The notes beneath the pieces are model-generated. The model did no database searches and was not told where the DNA came from. It saw nothing but the letters and a program-made list of their open reading frames with translations. A DNA stretch of 64,000 bases from Chloroflexia bacterium (GTDB taxonomy: Bacteria; Chloroflexota; Chloroflexia; DTKN01), in NCBI GenBank assembly GCA_049970175.1, contig JBMFNL010000004.1:1822-65821 (forward strand), in the 5' to 3' direction. This document shows positions 47,025 through 56,834 of this stretch, piece by piece (the stretch's first letter is position 1; the number at the start of each line of letters is the position of its first letter). Position numbers and translations under genes: made by a program.

Positions 47025-48035
47025 TTGGCCATGAGAGCAAAGCAAGGGCTTTCCATACGAGACGAAACCAAACCGTTGATTCTGATCGCGGCGATCGCGG
47101 TGGGGATTTTGCTGAACCGGGTCGCCGGAGGCGTGGTGCGGGAACTATACGGGCTGGTCAACATCGGCCTGTTCCTGGTCATCTACGCCATTATGCTCTT
47201 TGTGGAGGTCAAAGAGGTCGGCCGGGCCTTCACGAAGGTGAAACCCACCGTGCTGGCCCTGCTGACCAACTTTGTCTTCACGCCCCTGTTCGCGTGGTTT
47301 CTCGGCTGGCTGTTTCTGCGGAACTATCCAGACCTCTGGGCTGGGGTGGTCCTCTATAAACTGACGCCCTGCATCGGCTGGTACCTGATCTTCATTGACC
47401 TGGGCGAAGGGGATGTGCCCTGGGGGGTCGCTCTGCTGCCGTGGAACCTCGTGCTGCAAATCCTTCTGCTCCCGGTATACATGTGGCTGCTGGTCGGCAA
47501 AGTTGTGCCGGTAGATGCATTGACGCTGATCCGGAGCGTGGGGATTTTCCTCTTCCTGCCCTTTGTGCTCGGCTGGGTGACCCGTGAGGGGCTGGTCCGC
47601 TGGAAGGGACGGGAGTGGACATACGGCCCCTTCAAGCGGGTGATGGGAGAGGTCAAACTCTGGGCCCTGGTCCTGGTCATCATCGGCATCTTTGGCTCCC
47701 AGAATGCATTGGGCATCGGGGACCTGGGCCGCATCCTGCTGATCATCGGCGTCATCTCCCTCTTCTTCGTCAGTCTGTTCCTGATCGGCCTCCTGGTGGG
47801 CAAAGTCTTTCGCCTGGGGTATGAGGACACGACGACGCTGGTCTTTACCACCACGGCCCGGAACTCGGAGGCGGTGGTCGGTGTGGCCGCCAGCGCCTTT
47901 CCGGACCATCCGCTGGTCATCTTTGCCATCATCCTGGGGCCGATTGTGGAGTTGCCGGTGTTGCTTCTGCTGAGCCGAGTCATGCTCTACCTGAGAAAGC
48001 GCTTGTGGTGTAGGGCGCCGAGCCTGGTGCCGTAA
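47025..48035 (+). CDS. BART-superfamily (ACR3/BASS-like) transporter paralog
   Basis: ~10 TM segments and similar topology to the upstream gene, but a divergent sequence. Confidence 0.5.
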   Translation: MAMRAKQGLSIRDETKPLILIAAIAVGILLNRVAGGVVRELYGLVNIGLFLVIYAIMLFVEVKEVGRAFTKVKPTVLALLTNFVFTPLFAWFLGWLFLRNYPDLWAGVVLYKLTPCIGWYLIFIDLGEGDVPWGVALLPWNLVLQILLLPVYMWLLVGKVVPVDALTLIRSVGIFLFLPFVLGWVTREGLVRWKGREWTYGPFKRVMGEVKLWALVLVIIGIFGSQNALGIGDLGRILLIIGVISLFFVSLFLIGLLVGKVFRLGYEDTTTLVFTTTARNSEAVVGVAASAFPDHPLVIFAIILGPIVELPVLLLLSRVMLYLRKRLWCRAPSLVP

Positions 48036-48047
48036 TGAGGGGGGGCG

Positions 48048-48956
48048 ATGTTTCGCCGTGTGCTTTTCCCGACGGACTTCTCGGCCTATGCCGCCGCAGT
48101 GGTGGACTGTTTGCCCGAACTCCGGCAGGCGGGGACAGAGGAAGTCGTGCTTCTGGGCGTCATCCGGCCGGCGGAGGTGCCCTTGGGAGGGTCGCTGGAT
48201 CAAGATATCCTGGAAGAAGTCCGCTGGGGGGCCGAGCAGCAGTTGCATATCGTTCGGCGGGCACTGGAGGGCCAGGGGCTGGCGGTGCGGATTCGTCTGG
48301 AGGTCGGGCCGCCGGTCTCGGAGATCCTGCGCGTAGCGGCGGAGGAGCAGGTACACCTGATCGTGATGGGGGCGCAGGGGAGAAGTCTGGTCCAGGAACT
48401 TCTCCTGGGAAGCGTGGCCCACGAGGTAGCCCGTCGGGCTCCGGTACCGGTTCTGATCGAGAAGTTCGAGGTCATACGGCAGTGGGGCCGGGTAGAATGC
48501 CGGCGACGCTGCACCCGTACCTTCCAGCGCGTCCTTCACCCCACCGATTTCTCCGATTGCGCCAACGAGGCCTTCCACCTGGTCAAACGTCTCGCCGCGG
48601 CGGGCACCCAGGAAGTCATCCTGGTGCACGTTCAGGATGAGCGAACAATGCGCCATCGGCCTCCGGAACAACTGGCTGAGTTTGACCGCGTGGACAGCGA
48701 ACGTCTGGACCGGATGCGTCGGGCGTTGCTCCTTCACGGAATCCCTCAGGTCAAGGTACTCCTGCGCCATGGCCACCCCGTTATGGAAGTGTTGCGTGTG
48801 GCGGAGGAGGAAAGCGTCTGCCTGATCGTCCTGGGTTCACGCGGGAGCAGCCCGGTGGCCGAGATACTGGCCGGCAGCACTTTTGAGAACGTCATTCGGC
48901 AGAGCCGCTGGCCGGTGCTGGTGGTGCGTGGAGGCAAGTGCAGTGCCGCCCGGTGA
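48048..48956 (+). CDS. Tandem universal stress protein (2 x UspA domains)
   Basis: Two repeats of RVLFPTDFS...LIVMG(A/S)(Q/R)G...LGSV...V...PVLVV. Confidence 0.8.
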   Translation: MFRRVLFPTDFSAYAAAVVDCLPELRQAGTEEVVLLGVIRPAEVPLGGSLDQDILEEVRWGAEQQLHIVRRALEGQGLAVRIRLEVGPPVSEILRVAAEEQVHLIVMGAQGRSLVQELLLGSVAHEVARRAPVPVLIEKFEVIRQWGRVECRRRCTRTFQRVLHPTDFSDCANEAFHLVKRLAAAGTQEVILVHVQDERTMRHRPPEQLAEFDRVDSERLDRMRRALLLHGIPQVKVLLRHGHPVMEVLRVAEEESVCLIVLGSRGSSPVAEILAGSTFENVIRQSRWPVLVVRGGKCSAAR

Positions 48957-48970
48957 AAAGCCGCCCGCCC

Positions 48971-49510
48971 TCATCCCGGGCGGGTGGCAAACTGGGCCAC
49001 GTCCCGACGGATGAGCACGAGCGGCATCCGGACAACCCCCAGCGAGGGCGCGATAGGACAGGACATGGTCGCATCATACAGGGAGATGAAAACGTCGGTG
49101 GTGATCTCTACGTGCTTGGCCAGGGTGGTCAGGGTGGAGATGCGGAGCAAGGCATCGAAACGGAAAGGGCCGACCAGCACGGTCACCGGCTCCATCTTGC
49201 GGTTCAGTTCCGCCGGGTCGTAGTCGAGCGGCTCACTGGCCGGCGGGAGGAGGTGAAAGGCCAGGACCTGGGCCGTGCGGATGTGCAGTTCGGGGAAGGC
49301 CAGCGGCCGACCATGCTCTCCCCCCAGGAGGAGGGCATGGGCATCGTACAGGGAAACGTAATCGGGCGCGATGGTGCGCAGGTAGGTGCTCACCCGCACC
49401 GCCTCTTTGGTGATGACATCTCCCCAGGCCAGGCTGTTCAGCGTATAGACCATGGCCGGGGTGGCCTTCTCATCGCCGGCCAGGGTATAGGGCTTTTTCT
49501 TCTCCGCCAT
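48971..49510 (-). CDS. Hypothetical protein
   Basis: ORF only. No recognisable motif. Confidence 0.4.
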   Translation of the reverse strand: MAEKKKPYTLAGDEKATPAMVYTLNSLAWGDVITKEAVRVSTYLRTIAPDYVSLYDAHALLLGGEHGRPLAFPELHIRTAQVLAFHLLPPASEPLDYDPAELNRKMEPVTVLVGPFRFDALLRISTLTTLAKHVEITTDVFISLYDATMSCPIAPSLGVVRMPLVLIRRDVAQFATRPG

Positions 49511-50147
49511 CGGTTCCTCCCAGGAGGCCGGCTTCCCTCAGGTGGCAGGTATCGTTGAGGAGAAGGAGCCGGCCGTTCCCATTTTCATAATGCACCTGGT
49601 TGAGCGCCGCCGGGTCCTGTCCCAGACGCCAGAAGTACCCCAGGTCCAACCCCAGCAGGGTGCACAGCAGCACCCGGTTGACCACGAGGTGGCCGACCAG
49701 GACAACCGTCCGGCCGGCATATTCCTGAAGCAGGTGCTCCAGGAGGGCCTGTAGCCGGGATTGCACCTGGAGCAACGACTCCCCCTGGGGAAATTGCAAT
49801 TCCTGGGGAGCCGTTCGCCAGAGGCGATAGCGTTCCGGATCGCGCTCCTGCGCCTCGGCAGGGGATAGGCCGGTCCATTCCCCATAGTCCACATCCAGCA
49901 ACTCCTCGCGGGGCTGGGCCGCCAGCCCCAGCGCCTCGGCGATGGGGCCGGCCGTCTGCCGGGCCCGCTGCAGGGGGCTGGTATACAGGGCGGCGACGGC
50001 CGGCCAGCGGGAGCGAACGGCCCGCGCCGCCGCCTGGGCCTGGCGGAGACCCACCTCATCCAGCGGCAGGTCGGTCCGCCCGCGAAAACGGACTTCCTGG
50101 TTCCAGGCGGTGCGGCCGTGGCGCACGATGATCAGGTCGATTCCCAT
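49470..50147 (-). CDS. Histidine phosphatase-family protein (phosphoglycerate mutase-like)
   Basis: LIIVRHGRTAWN (RHG motif) ...HLVVNRVLL. Confidence 0.75.
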   Translation of the reverse strand: MGIDLIIVRHGRTAWNQEVRFRGRTDLPLDEVGLRQAQAAARAVRSRWPAVAALYTSPLQRARQTAGPIAEALGLAAQPREELLDVDYGEWTGLSPAEAQERDPERYRLWRTAPQELQFPQGESLLQVQSRLQALLEHLLQEYAGRTVVLVGHLVVNRVLLCTLLGLDLGYFWRLGQDPAALNQVHYENGNGRLLLLNDTCHLREAGLLGGTDGGEEKALYPGRR

Positions 50148-50150
50148 AGT

Positions 50151-50708
50151 TCACCTCGCCGCCAGCCCGGCAAAGAAAAGGATCAGCAGGCCCAGGCAGC
50201 AGAAGAGAGGAAAAGCGCCCACGACGATGCCGATGATGCTATGGGTACGCCCCTGTCGGGTCGGCGCAACCTTCTCCTGGGCCAGGCCGATCACGCCCAG
50301 GACCAGCCCCAGAAGCGCCCCCAGTTCGGCCAGGAGGAACAGTCCCAGGCCGATGAGGACGACGGTGCCCCCCGTTTCCACCGCCTGGCGCAGGGCGGGG
50401 TCGCGGTTCATCAGGGCCGCGAAGGCCTCCGGGTCCAGATACGCCTGCTCCAGCACCCGGGGATCGCGCTCCTGAAGGGCATTCCCCACCTGGATGACCG
50501 CCACCACGGTCATGACCAGACTCAGGATGAGCAGGAGGAGGGCCAGGAGGCCCAGAATCAGGCCGGCCCGAGCCGGTCCGCTCGAAAGGGGAAGGGCGGA
50601 GGTCGGGCCGGGGGACTCAACATCCGCCGGGGGAGACAGAATCCGGTGGCAGTGAGGACATACGCGCAAGCCTTCTTCATAGGGCCGGCCGCAGTAGGGA
50701 CAGTTCAT
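50151..50708 (-). CDS. Zinc-ribbon membrane protein (DUF4064-like)
   Basis: MNCPYCGRPY...CPHCH followed by 4 TM helices. Start choice uncertain (alternatives at 50786 and 50750). Confidence 0.5.
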   Translation of the reverse strand: MNCPYCGRPYEEGLRVCPHCHRILSPPADVESPGPTSALPLSSGPARAGLILGLLALLLLILSLVMTVVAVIQVGNALQERDPRVLEQAYLDPEAFAALMNRDPALRQAVETGGTVVLIGLGLFLLAELGALLGLVLGVIGLAQEKVAPTRQGRTHSIIGIVVGAFPLFCCLGLLILFFAGLAAR

Positions 50709-50842
50709 CGAAAACTCCTGGGCGCTACCCGCTTCGTCGGATAATCCCATTCTATCACACCTGCCCCATGCCGGCAACGCGGGCATTCACCGAGGCGAAT
50801 TTTCGACCCATTTTACCGCGGTCCGGAGCACACGCCGGCCGG

Positions 50843-51205
50843 CTAGGGCCGAAAATAGCGCTGCCCGGTGAATACCATGCTGGCCCCGTACTCGTTGCAG
50901 GCCTGGATGACCTCGTGGTCGTTCAGGGAGCCGCCGGGCTGGATGACCGCCGTCACTCCCTCGCGCAGCCCCACCTCTACCCCGTCACGGAAAGGGAAAA
51001 AGCCGTCCGAAGCCATGGCCGCGCCCTCCAGCCCGCCGTGCCGCGCCGCCACCTCGGCGGCGATCTCCTCCTTCCGACCCGCCTCCAGCGCGCTGTAGGT
51101 GCATCCGTAGCGTTCCAGGGCCAGCCGCTCGCGCAGGTTGCGCCCACCCCCAGGGCCGGTCGGAAGGGGATTGGAAGTCGGTGCCGCGGGAGATATGGGG
51201 GCCGG
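50843..51205 (-). pseudogene. purH: 3' remnant of purH (AICAR transformylase/IMP cyclohydrolase), last ~100 codons only
   Basis: In-frame translation ...[91 protein letters not shown] matches the PurH C-terminus (SDAFFPFRDG...VIQPGGS...MVFTG.RHF). The frame is open up to a stop at 51206-51208, with no upstream PurH body. Confidence 0.55.
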
Positions 51206-51442
51206 CTAGGCCTTTTTCCTGACATACACCCGGTATTCTCCTCCCTCCTCTTCGATTCCCAAAAACTCGTTTCCGGTGCTCTCGCACCAGGCCGGCATGT
51301 CGGTGCGGATGCCCTTGTCGTCCGAGATGACCTCCAGCACTTGCCCGGGCGACATCCGGGCCATCTTCTCCGCCGTCAAAACGATCGGCATCGGGCAGTA
51401 CAGCCCCACGCAGTCGAGCGTATCGTCGGCCTGAATCGGCAT
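51206..51442 (-). CDS. TusA-like sulfurtransferase
   Basis: LDCVGLYCPMPIV (CPxP motif). Confidence 0.75.
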   Translation of the reverse strand: MPIQADDTLDCVGLYCPMPIVLTAEKMARMSPGQVLEVISDDKGIRTDMPAWCESTGNEFLGIEEEGGEYRVYVRKKA

Positions 51443-51452
51443 GGCCTCCTCC

Positions 51453-51938
51453 TCAGGAGATAAACAGGTTGACCCGGGCCCGCCGGGCCTCGCCCAGGTA
51501 GGTCGCCGCCCCGGCAAAGAGGTCCACTTCGGGAATAAAGTCCGCCTCCTTCAGGCCCATCAGCCCGATGGTCGTGGTGCAGGCGACCAGCCGGACGCCC
51601 AAGGCCTTGGCCTGGGCGATCATCTCCGGCAGGGAAGGCATCCGCTCCGCCCGCATCAGGCGCTTCATCATCCAGGGGCCCAGGCCGGCAAAGTGGAAAC
51701 GCGAGAGGGGCAGGGCCCCGGCATGTCCCCGGTTCATCCAGTTCAGCAGTCGGCGCATCCAGCCCCGGCCGCCCCGGGCCGCCCCCCGGCGTTTGATGAC
51801 GTTCAGGCCCCAGAAGGTGAAAAAGATCGTCACCTCCATCCCCATCGCCGCGGCGGTGTTGGCCAGGGTGAAGGCGGCCAGCGCCTTGTCCATCTCTCCG
51901 CTGAAGAGGATAATGGTGGCCTTTTCCTTTTCCTCCAT
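51453..51938 (-). CDS. DsrE/DsrF-like sulfur-relay family protein
   Basis: TIILFSGEMDKALAAFTLANTAAAMGMEVTIFFTFWG...ACTTTIGLMG. Confidence 0.6.
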   Translation of the reverse strand: MEEKEKATIILFSGEMDKALAAFTLANTAAAMGMEVTIFFTFWGLNVIKRRGAARGGRGWMRRLLNWMNRGHAGALPLSRFHFAGLGPWMMKRLMRAERMPSLPEMIAQAKALGVRLVACTTTIGLMGLKEADFIPEVDLFAGAATYLGEARRARVNLFIS

Positions 51939-51946
51939 CGCTCACC

Positions 51947-52169
51947 TCATACCACCGTCTCCCAAGGAGGGCGGTCCGATTCCCCGGCGCAGGAGGGGCA
52001 GACCTCGGCATCCCGGGGCATCGGTTGCCCACACTCCGGACAATAGAGGATCTCCGCCCCGCAGGCCTGGCAGAACGGATAGGGCATGACCAGGGCCTGA
52101 TCACAGAAGGGGCAACGGCAGATCACTTTTTCTTCGCCGGCCGGTTTTGTGCTTTCCACCTCACGCCTC
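51947..52169 (-). CDS. Small zinc-ribbon protein (GTG start, AGGAGG RBS)
   Basis: CRCPFCDQ...CQACG...CPECG...CPSC. Confidence 0.5.
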
Positions 52170-52553
52170 CTTCGCTTCGGCGGCCACCCGGGCCTCGTAG
52201 TTGGCGATGGCTTCGGCCAGGGCCTCCGTGCCCAGGTTGGAGCAGTGCATCTTCTGCGGCGGCAAGCCCCCCAGTTGCTCGGCAATCTGCTGCTTGGTGA
52301 TCGACTTGGCCTCCTCCAGCGTCTTGCCCTTGACCATCTCGGTGACGATGCTGGAGACGGCGATCGCCGCACCGCAACCAAAGGTCTTGAACTTGACATC
52401 CTCGATGCGCCCGTCCTTGACCTTGATGTAAAAGGTCATCATGTCCCCGCAGATGGGGTTGCCCACCGAGCCGACCCCGTCGGCATCGGGGATTTCCCCC
52501 ACGTTGCGCGGGTGCATAAAGTGCTCCAGGACGATGTCGCTGTACATCTTCAC
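52161..52553 (-). CDS. iscU: Fe-S cluster scaffold IscU/NifU-like
   Basis: NPICGDMMTFYIKV...FGCGAAIAVSS...HCSNL. Confidence 0.85.
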   Translation of the reverse strand: MKMYSDIVLEHFMHPRNVGEIPDADGVGSVGNPICGDMMTFYIKVKDGRIEDVKFKTFGCGAAIAVSSIVTEMVKGKTLEEAKSITKQQIAEQLGGLPPQKMHCSNLGTEALAEAIANYEARVAAEAKEA

Positions 52554-52570
52554 CTCCTATCCGGCGCCCC

Positions 52571-53740
52571 TCAATGCCCCGGGTAGAGGGGCGACATCTG
52601 CCGCAGACGTTCGATGATCGGCGGCAGGACCTCCAGTACATAGTCCACGTCTTCCATCGTGTTCCCCTCGCCCAGGGTGAAGACAAGCGACCCCTGGGCC
52701 AGGGCCGGCTCCACCCCGATGGCCGTGAGCACGTGGGAAGCCTTGAGAACCCGGGAGGTGCAGGTGGAGCCGCTGGAAGCGGCCACCCCCTGCATGTTGA
52801 GGAAGAGAAGCATGGACTCGCCCTCGATGTATTCCACGGTGACGCTGACGTGGTGGGGAAGCCTCTGGGTCGGGTGGCCGGTCAGGTAGACGTGGGGAAT
52901 TTCGCCGGTCAGCCGGGCGATCAGCCGGTCGCGCAAGGGAACGAGGCGGCGGGCACGTTCCTCCAATTCGGCCGCGGCCAGTTCCGCCGCCACGCCCAGC
53001 CCGACGATGGCCGGGACGTTCTCCGTTCCGGCCCGCCGGCCGTTTTCCTGGATGCCGCCGTCGATGAGCGGGACGATGCGCACCCCCCGCCGGATGTAGA
53101 GCGCCCCCGCCCCCTTGGGGCCGTAGAACTGGCTGCCGGCCAGGCTGAGCAGGTCCACCCCCAGTTCCTCCACCTTCACCGGGATGTGCCCCACCGCCGC
53201 CACCGCATCGGTGTGGAAGGGGATGCCCCGCGCCCGCACTACCCGGGCGATCTCGGCGATCGGTTCGATCGTCCCGATCTCGCCGTTGGCCAGCATCACC
53301 GAGACCAAGACGGTGTCGTCCCGCAGGGCCTCGGCCACGGCCTGGGGGTCCACCAGGCCGTAGCGGTCCACCGGCACCTGGGTGACCTCAAAGCCCAGTT
53401 TTCCCATCGTCTCGGCGGCATAGAGCACCGACTGATGCTCGACGGCCGAGACGACGATGTGGTTGCCCTTGCCCCGGCTGCGGGCCATCATGGCGATGCC
53501 CTTGACCGCCATATTGTTGGCCTCGCTGCCGCTGGCGGTGAAATAGACCTCGTTGGGCTGCGCCCCGATGAGCGCCGCCACTTTCTCCCGTGCCTCCTCG
53601 ACGGCCCGCCGGGGGACGTCGCCGTAGCGGTGCAGGCTCAGGGGGTTGCCAAAGTGCTCCCGCAGGTACGGCAGCATGGCCTCCACCACTTCGGGCCGGA
53701 TGGGGGTGGTGGCACCGTGATCCAGATAAACCTCTCGCAT
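52571..53740 (-). CDS. iscS: Cysteine desulfurase (IscS/NifS)
   Basis: PLP-lysine region, SSGSTCTS active-site Cys loop, 389 aa. Confidence 0.85.
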   Translation of the reverse strand: MREVYLDHGATTPIRPEVVEAMLPYLREHFGNPLSLHRYGDVPRRAVEEAREKVAALIGAQPNEVYFTASGSEANNMAVKGIAMMARSRGKGNHIVVSAVEHQSVLYAAETMGKLGFEVTQVPVDRYGLVDPQAVAEALRDDTVLVSVMLANGEIGTIEPIAEIARVVRARGIPFHTDAVAAVGHIPVKVEELGVDLLSLAGSQFYGPKGAGALYIRRGVRIVPLIDGGIQENGRRAGTENVPAIVGLGVAAELAAAELEERARRLVPLRDRLIARLTGEIPHVYLTGHPTQRLPHHVSVTVEYIEGESMLLFLNMQGVAASSGSTCTSRVLKASHVLTAIGVEPALAQGSLVFTLGEGNTMEDVDYVLEVLPPIIERLRQMSPLYPGH

Positions 53741-53755
53741 CGTTTACTTCTCCTT

Positions 53756-54886
53756 CTACAGACCCAGTTCCGCCCGGGTGCGCACATAGCGCAGGAGGTT
53801 CTCCCGGGCGATCAACCCCACCAGCCGGCCGGTCTCCTCCACCGGCATCTGGTTGACGTTGTGCTTGTCCATCCGCAGGAGCACGCTCCAGGCGTCCTCT
53901 TCCGGGTGGGCCAGCACCAGCCGACCGTAGGGTACCATAATTTCGCCCACCGGGGTGTAGGGCCAGCGCTCCCGGGGCAGGTCGCGGACGTTGTGCATGG
54001 TCACCAGGCCGGCCAGGCGATCATCCTCCGTCACCACGAAGCACCGGCCGCCCTGCCGCAGGATGTAATCGTCCACCAGGCTGGCCACGCTGAGTCCCCG
54101 GGGAATATGGGGACACTCGGGACTCATCAGGGTGGCCACATTGACCTGGCGCAGGGCTTCCCGCAGGAGGACCTGCTGGTAACTCTGGGAGGCGGCGTTA
54201 TCCATGAACCAGCCGATCAATACCAGCCAGAGGCCGTTTCCCCAGTCGCCGCTCAGGGCCCAGACGAGGCCGCCGCCGATCAGGAGGAAGGCGACCAGGC
54301 GGCCGATTCCGGCGGCGATCTCGGTGGCCCGCCGGTAGTTCCGGCCGAGGAGCCAGAGGACGGCCCGCAGGATGCGCCCGCCATCCAGCGGGAGCCCCGG
54401 CAGGAGGTTGAAGCCGGCCAGGAAGAGGTTCCACCAGGTCAGACGCAGGAAGAGGCCGCCGGCCAGGAGGAAGAGTCCCCCTTGCCCCAGGCGGAAGAGG
54501 AAGGCGATGACCGCAGCGATGAGGGCCAGCACCAGGCTGGTGACCGGCCCCACGCCGGCCATGAGCAACTCCTCCCCCGGGCGGTCGGCCTCCTGCTCGA
54601 TGCTGGCCACCCCGCCGAAGAGGAAGAGGGTGATGCTCCGCACCGGGATGCCCTGGCTCCGGGCCACCAGGCTGTGGGCCAGTTCGTGGGCTACCACCGA
54701 GGCGAAGAGGAGCAGGCTGCCCAGGGCGCCGGCCAGCCAGTAGAGCGGACGGGGCAGGCCGGCGTAGGAAGCCGGCAGTTCGCCCAGGGCCAGGTAGAGG
54801 GTGAGGAGGAAAAAGACCAGGAACCAGGTATAGTTGATGCGGATGGGGATGCCAAAGACCCTCCCCAGGGTCAACGACATGCGCAC
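53756..54886 (-). CDS. Site-2 protease (M50 family) with CBS pair
   Basis: HELAHSLVAR (HExxH). Polytopic. C-terminal CBS-like region. Confidence 0.8.
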   Translation of the reverse strand: MRMSLTLGRVFGIPIRINYTWFLVFFLLTLYLALGELPASYAGLPRPLYWLAGALGSLLLFASVVAHELAHSLVARSQGIPVRSITLFLFGGVASIEQEADRPGEELLMAGVGPVTSLVLALIAAVIAFLFRLGQGGLFLLAGGLFLRLTWWNLFLAGFNLLPGLPLDGGRILRAVLWLLGRNYRRATEIAAGIGRLVAFLLIGGGLVWALSGDWGNGLWLVLIGWFMDNAASQSYQQVLLREALRQVNVATLMSPECPHIPRGLSVASLVDDYILRQGGRCFVVTEDDRLAGLVTMHNVRDLPRERWPYTPVGEIMVPYGRLVLAHPEEDAWSVLLRMDKHNVNQMPVEETGRLVGLIARENLLRYVRTRAELGL

Positions 54887-55084
54887 CGGTTACCTCCTCA
54901 ACGGAACCTCGGGTCCAGGGCTTTCCTGGTCCTCGCCCCGGCCGGGCGGTCTCCACCTGCACATCTGCGCATCGTTTCCTTCGTTCTGCTCCGGCGAATC
55001 GGCCGATCCGTTCTAGGATATTATACCACGGAACGGGAAAAACGCTGTGAGCCGAGTTACAGGTAGGTGCCGGCCCGGACGATC

Positions 55085-55113
55085 TTGCATCCTGCCGAGT
55101 TCTGTAGTAAAAT
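55085..55113 (+). promoter_or_regulatory. Promoter TTGCAT-17-TAAAAT
   Basis: Read directly. Lies upstream of the CAP-domain gene. Confidence 0.4.
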
Positions 55114-55199
55114 CATGATCAGCAGCAGGCAAATTCTTGATACCCGGAACCGTGGTTACCCTCGAGGTCCGTATCTGAACGCTGTCTCGGAACGAGAAG

Positions 55200-56390
55200 A
55201 TGCTAGCCGCCTCCCGGAAGCGGTGGGTGTGGTGGGTGGGAATCCTCCTTCTGGTTCTGGCCGGGCCGATGCAAGCGGAAGGCCGGGAAGGATCGCTTCC
55301 CCCGTCGCCCTCGAACGGCCGGCCGGCCGTCGCTATAGAAGCCTCGCTTTCCTCCTTCCGTATGGCCCGGCGGTTGCTCGTCCTGGTCAACGGGGCCCGA
55401 TGGGAACGGGGTATCCCCCCGCTCAAGGCGGAGCCGATGCTGGCCCGCGCGGCCCGGGCGCACGCGCTGAGCATGGCCCAGGAGGATTACTTCGGCCACC
55501 GGGGAAAGGATAACTCCACCCCCTGGGAACGCATCGAGGCGGCCGGGTATCAGACCTGGCAGGTGCTGGCCGAAAACATCGCGGCCGGCTATGACACCCC
55601 GGAAAAAGTCCTGGCCGCCTGGCTGGAAAGCCCTCCTCACCGCAGCAACCTCCTGAACCCCGAACTCCGGGAGGCCGGCATCGGTTACGCCTTTCAGCCG
55701 GGCGACACCTACCCCGGCGGCAACTGGGGCTATGTACATTACTGGACGATGGATATGGGTTGCCGGTGGGACTCCTACCCCCTGGTCATTGCCCTGGAGG
55801 CCTATTCCACCACCACCCGGCAGGTTTCCCTCTACCTCTACGGCCAGGGTTGGGCCCAGGAGATGCGCCTGAGCAACGACCGGACGAACTGGACCGCTTG
55901 GCAGCCCTATCGTTCCACCCTGACCTGGGAACTCGCTCCCGGGAACGGCCCCAAGGTGGTCTACGCCGAACTGCGGGATGGACGGGGCAATGTGATGCGC
56001 TCGGAGGATGACATCCTCCTCCAGGAAGGCCCGGACGCTCCCGCTTTCCACGTCCACCCGGAGCAGGTCGTCTTCACCCTGGGACCGGGGCAGCACGCCG
56101 GACAACCCCAAAGGCATACCTTCCAGTTGCAGGGGGAACGGGGGTCGGTGGCCTGGCAGGCTTCCCTCGATCAGGGCTGGCTGGCCCTGGATGTCTATTC
56201 CGGGACCACCCCGAGCCGGCTGAACCTGACCCTGGACGATGCGGCCGGCCGGCTCCCTCCCGGCCTCTACACGGCGACCCTCTCCTTCCAGGGAGGGGGC
56301 ACACGGGTGAACGTGCCGGTCCGCCTCCTCGTCCTGCCTCGTCTCCACGTCCTCTATCTGCCGCTCCTGCTCAACCGGGGGCACCCCTGA
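55200..56390 (+). CDS. Secreted CAP (SCP/PR-1-like) domain protein with C-terminal beta-rich domains
   Basis: Signal peptide. HRGKDNSTPWERIEAAGY...ENIAAGYDTPEKVLAAWLESPPHRSNLLNPELREAGIGYA is a CAP signature. Confidence 0.7.
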   Translation: MLAASRKRWVWWVGILLLVLAGPMQAEGREGSLPPSPSNGRPAVAIEASLSSFRMARRLLVLVNGARWERGIPPLKAEPMLARAARAHALSMAQEDYFGHRGKDNSTPWERIEAAGYQTWQVLAENIAAGYDTPEKVLAAWLESPPHRSNLLNPELREAGIGYAFQPGDTYPGGNWGYVHYWTMDMGCRWDSYPLVIALEAYSTTTRQVSLYLYGQGWAQEMRLSNDRTNWTAWQPYRSTLTWELAPGNGPKVVYAELRDGRGNVMRSEDDILLQEGPDAPAFHVHPEQVVFTLGPGQHAGQPQRHTFQLQGERGSVAWQASLDQGWLALDVYSGTTPSRLNLTLDDAAGRLPPGLYTATLSFQGGGTRVNVPVRLLVLPRLHVLYLPLLLNRGHP

Positions 56391-56471
56391 ACGGGGCGGT
56401 TTCCGGGCGGTGCGTTGTGGGGGAGCGGTCCGGCCGACCCTCCCCTCTCACCCCCCAACCCTCGCTTCCGT

Positions 56472-56500
56472 TTGACAGTTTTGCTTCCCTGTGGCATAAT
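56472..56500 (+). promoter_or_regulatory. Promoter TTGACA-17-(TGg)CATAAT driving the ileS leader
   Basis: Read directly. Confidence 0.5.
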
Positions 56501-56506
56501 CAAAAT

Positions 56507-56790
56507 GAAAGGCGATGATGGAGACGAGTAGGCGTGGGACACCGCTCAGAGAGCCCGCGGCAGGTGCGAGCCGGGTGCGGAAGCCGCGTCGAAAATCCCT
56601 CCGGAGCCGCTGACCGAACGGCCGCTGTGCCGGCCCAGTAGACTCAGCCGGGTTCGTCCCCCGTTATCCGGACGCGGCGATCGCGGGTCGCCGGCCGAGC
56701 GGCCCCAAACCTGGGGCAAGAGGGGTGGTACCGCGGGAGGTTTGGCTCCCGTCCCTTCGGGGACGGGTTTTTCTTTGCCCCCGCCGTGCC
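56507..56790 (+). promoter_or_regulatory. T-box riboswitch leader of ileS
   Basis: Conserved T-box sequence AGGGGTGGTACCGCGGG at 56720-56736. AGAGAG/GA motif in stem I region (56547-56553). Terminator hairpin follows immediately. Confidence 0.65.
56744..56779 (+). terminator. Intrinsic terminator of the T-box leader (CCCGTCCC-ttcg-GGGACGGG + TTTTTCTTT)
   Basis: Read directly. Its 5' arm can alternatively pair with the T-box sequence (antiterminator). Confidence 0.65.
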
Positions 56791-56834
56791 GCGGCCGGCC
56801 CACGGCCCGACAATCCATCGAGAGGAGGTTCGCG

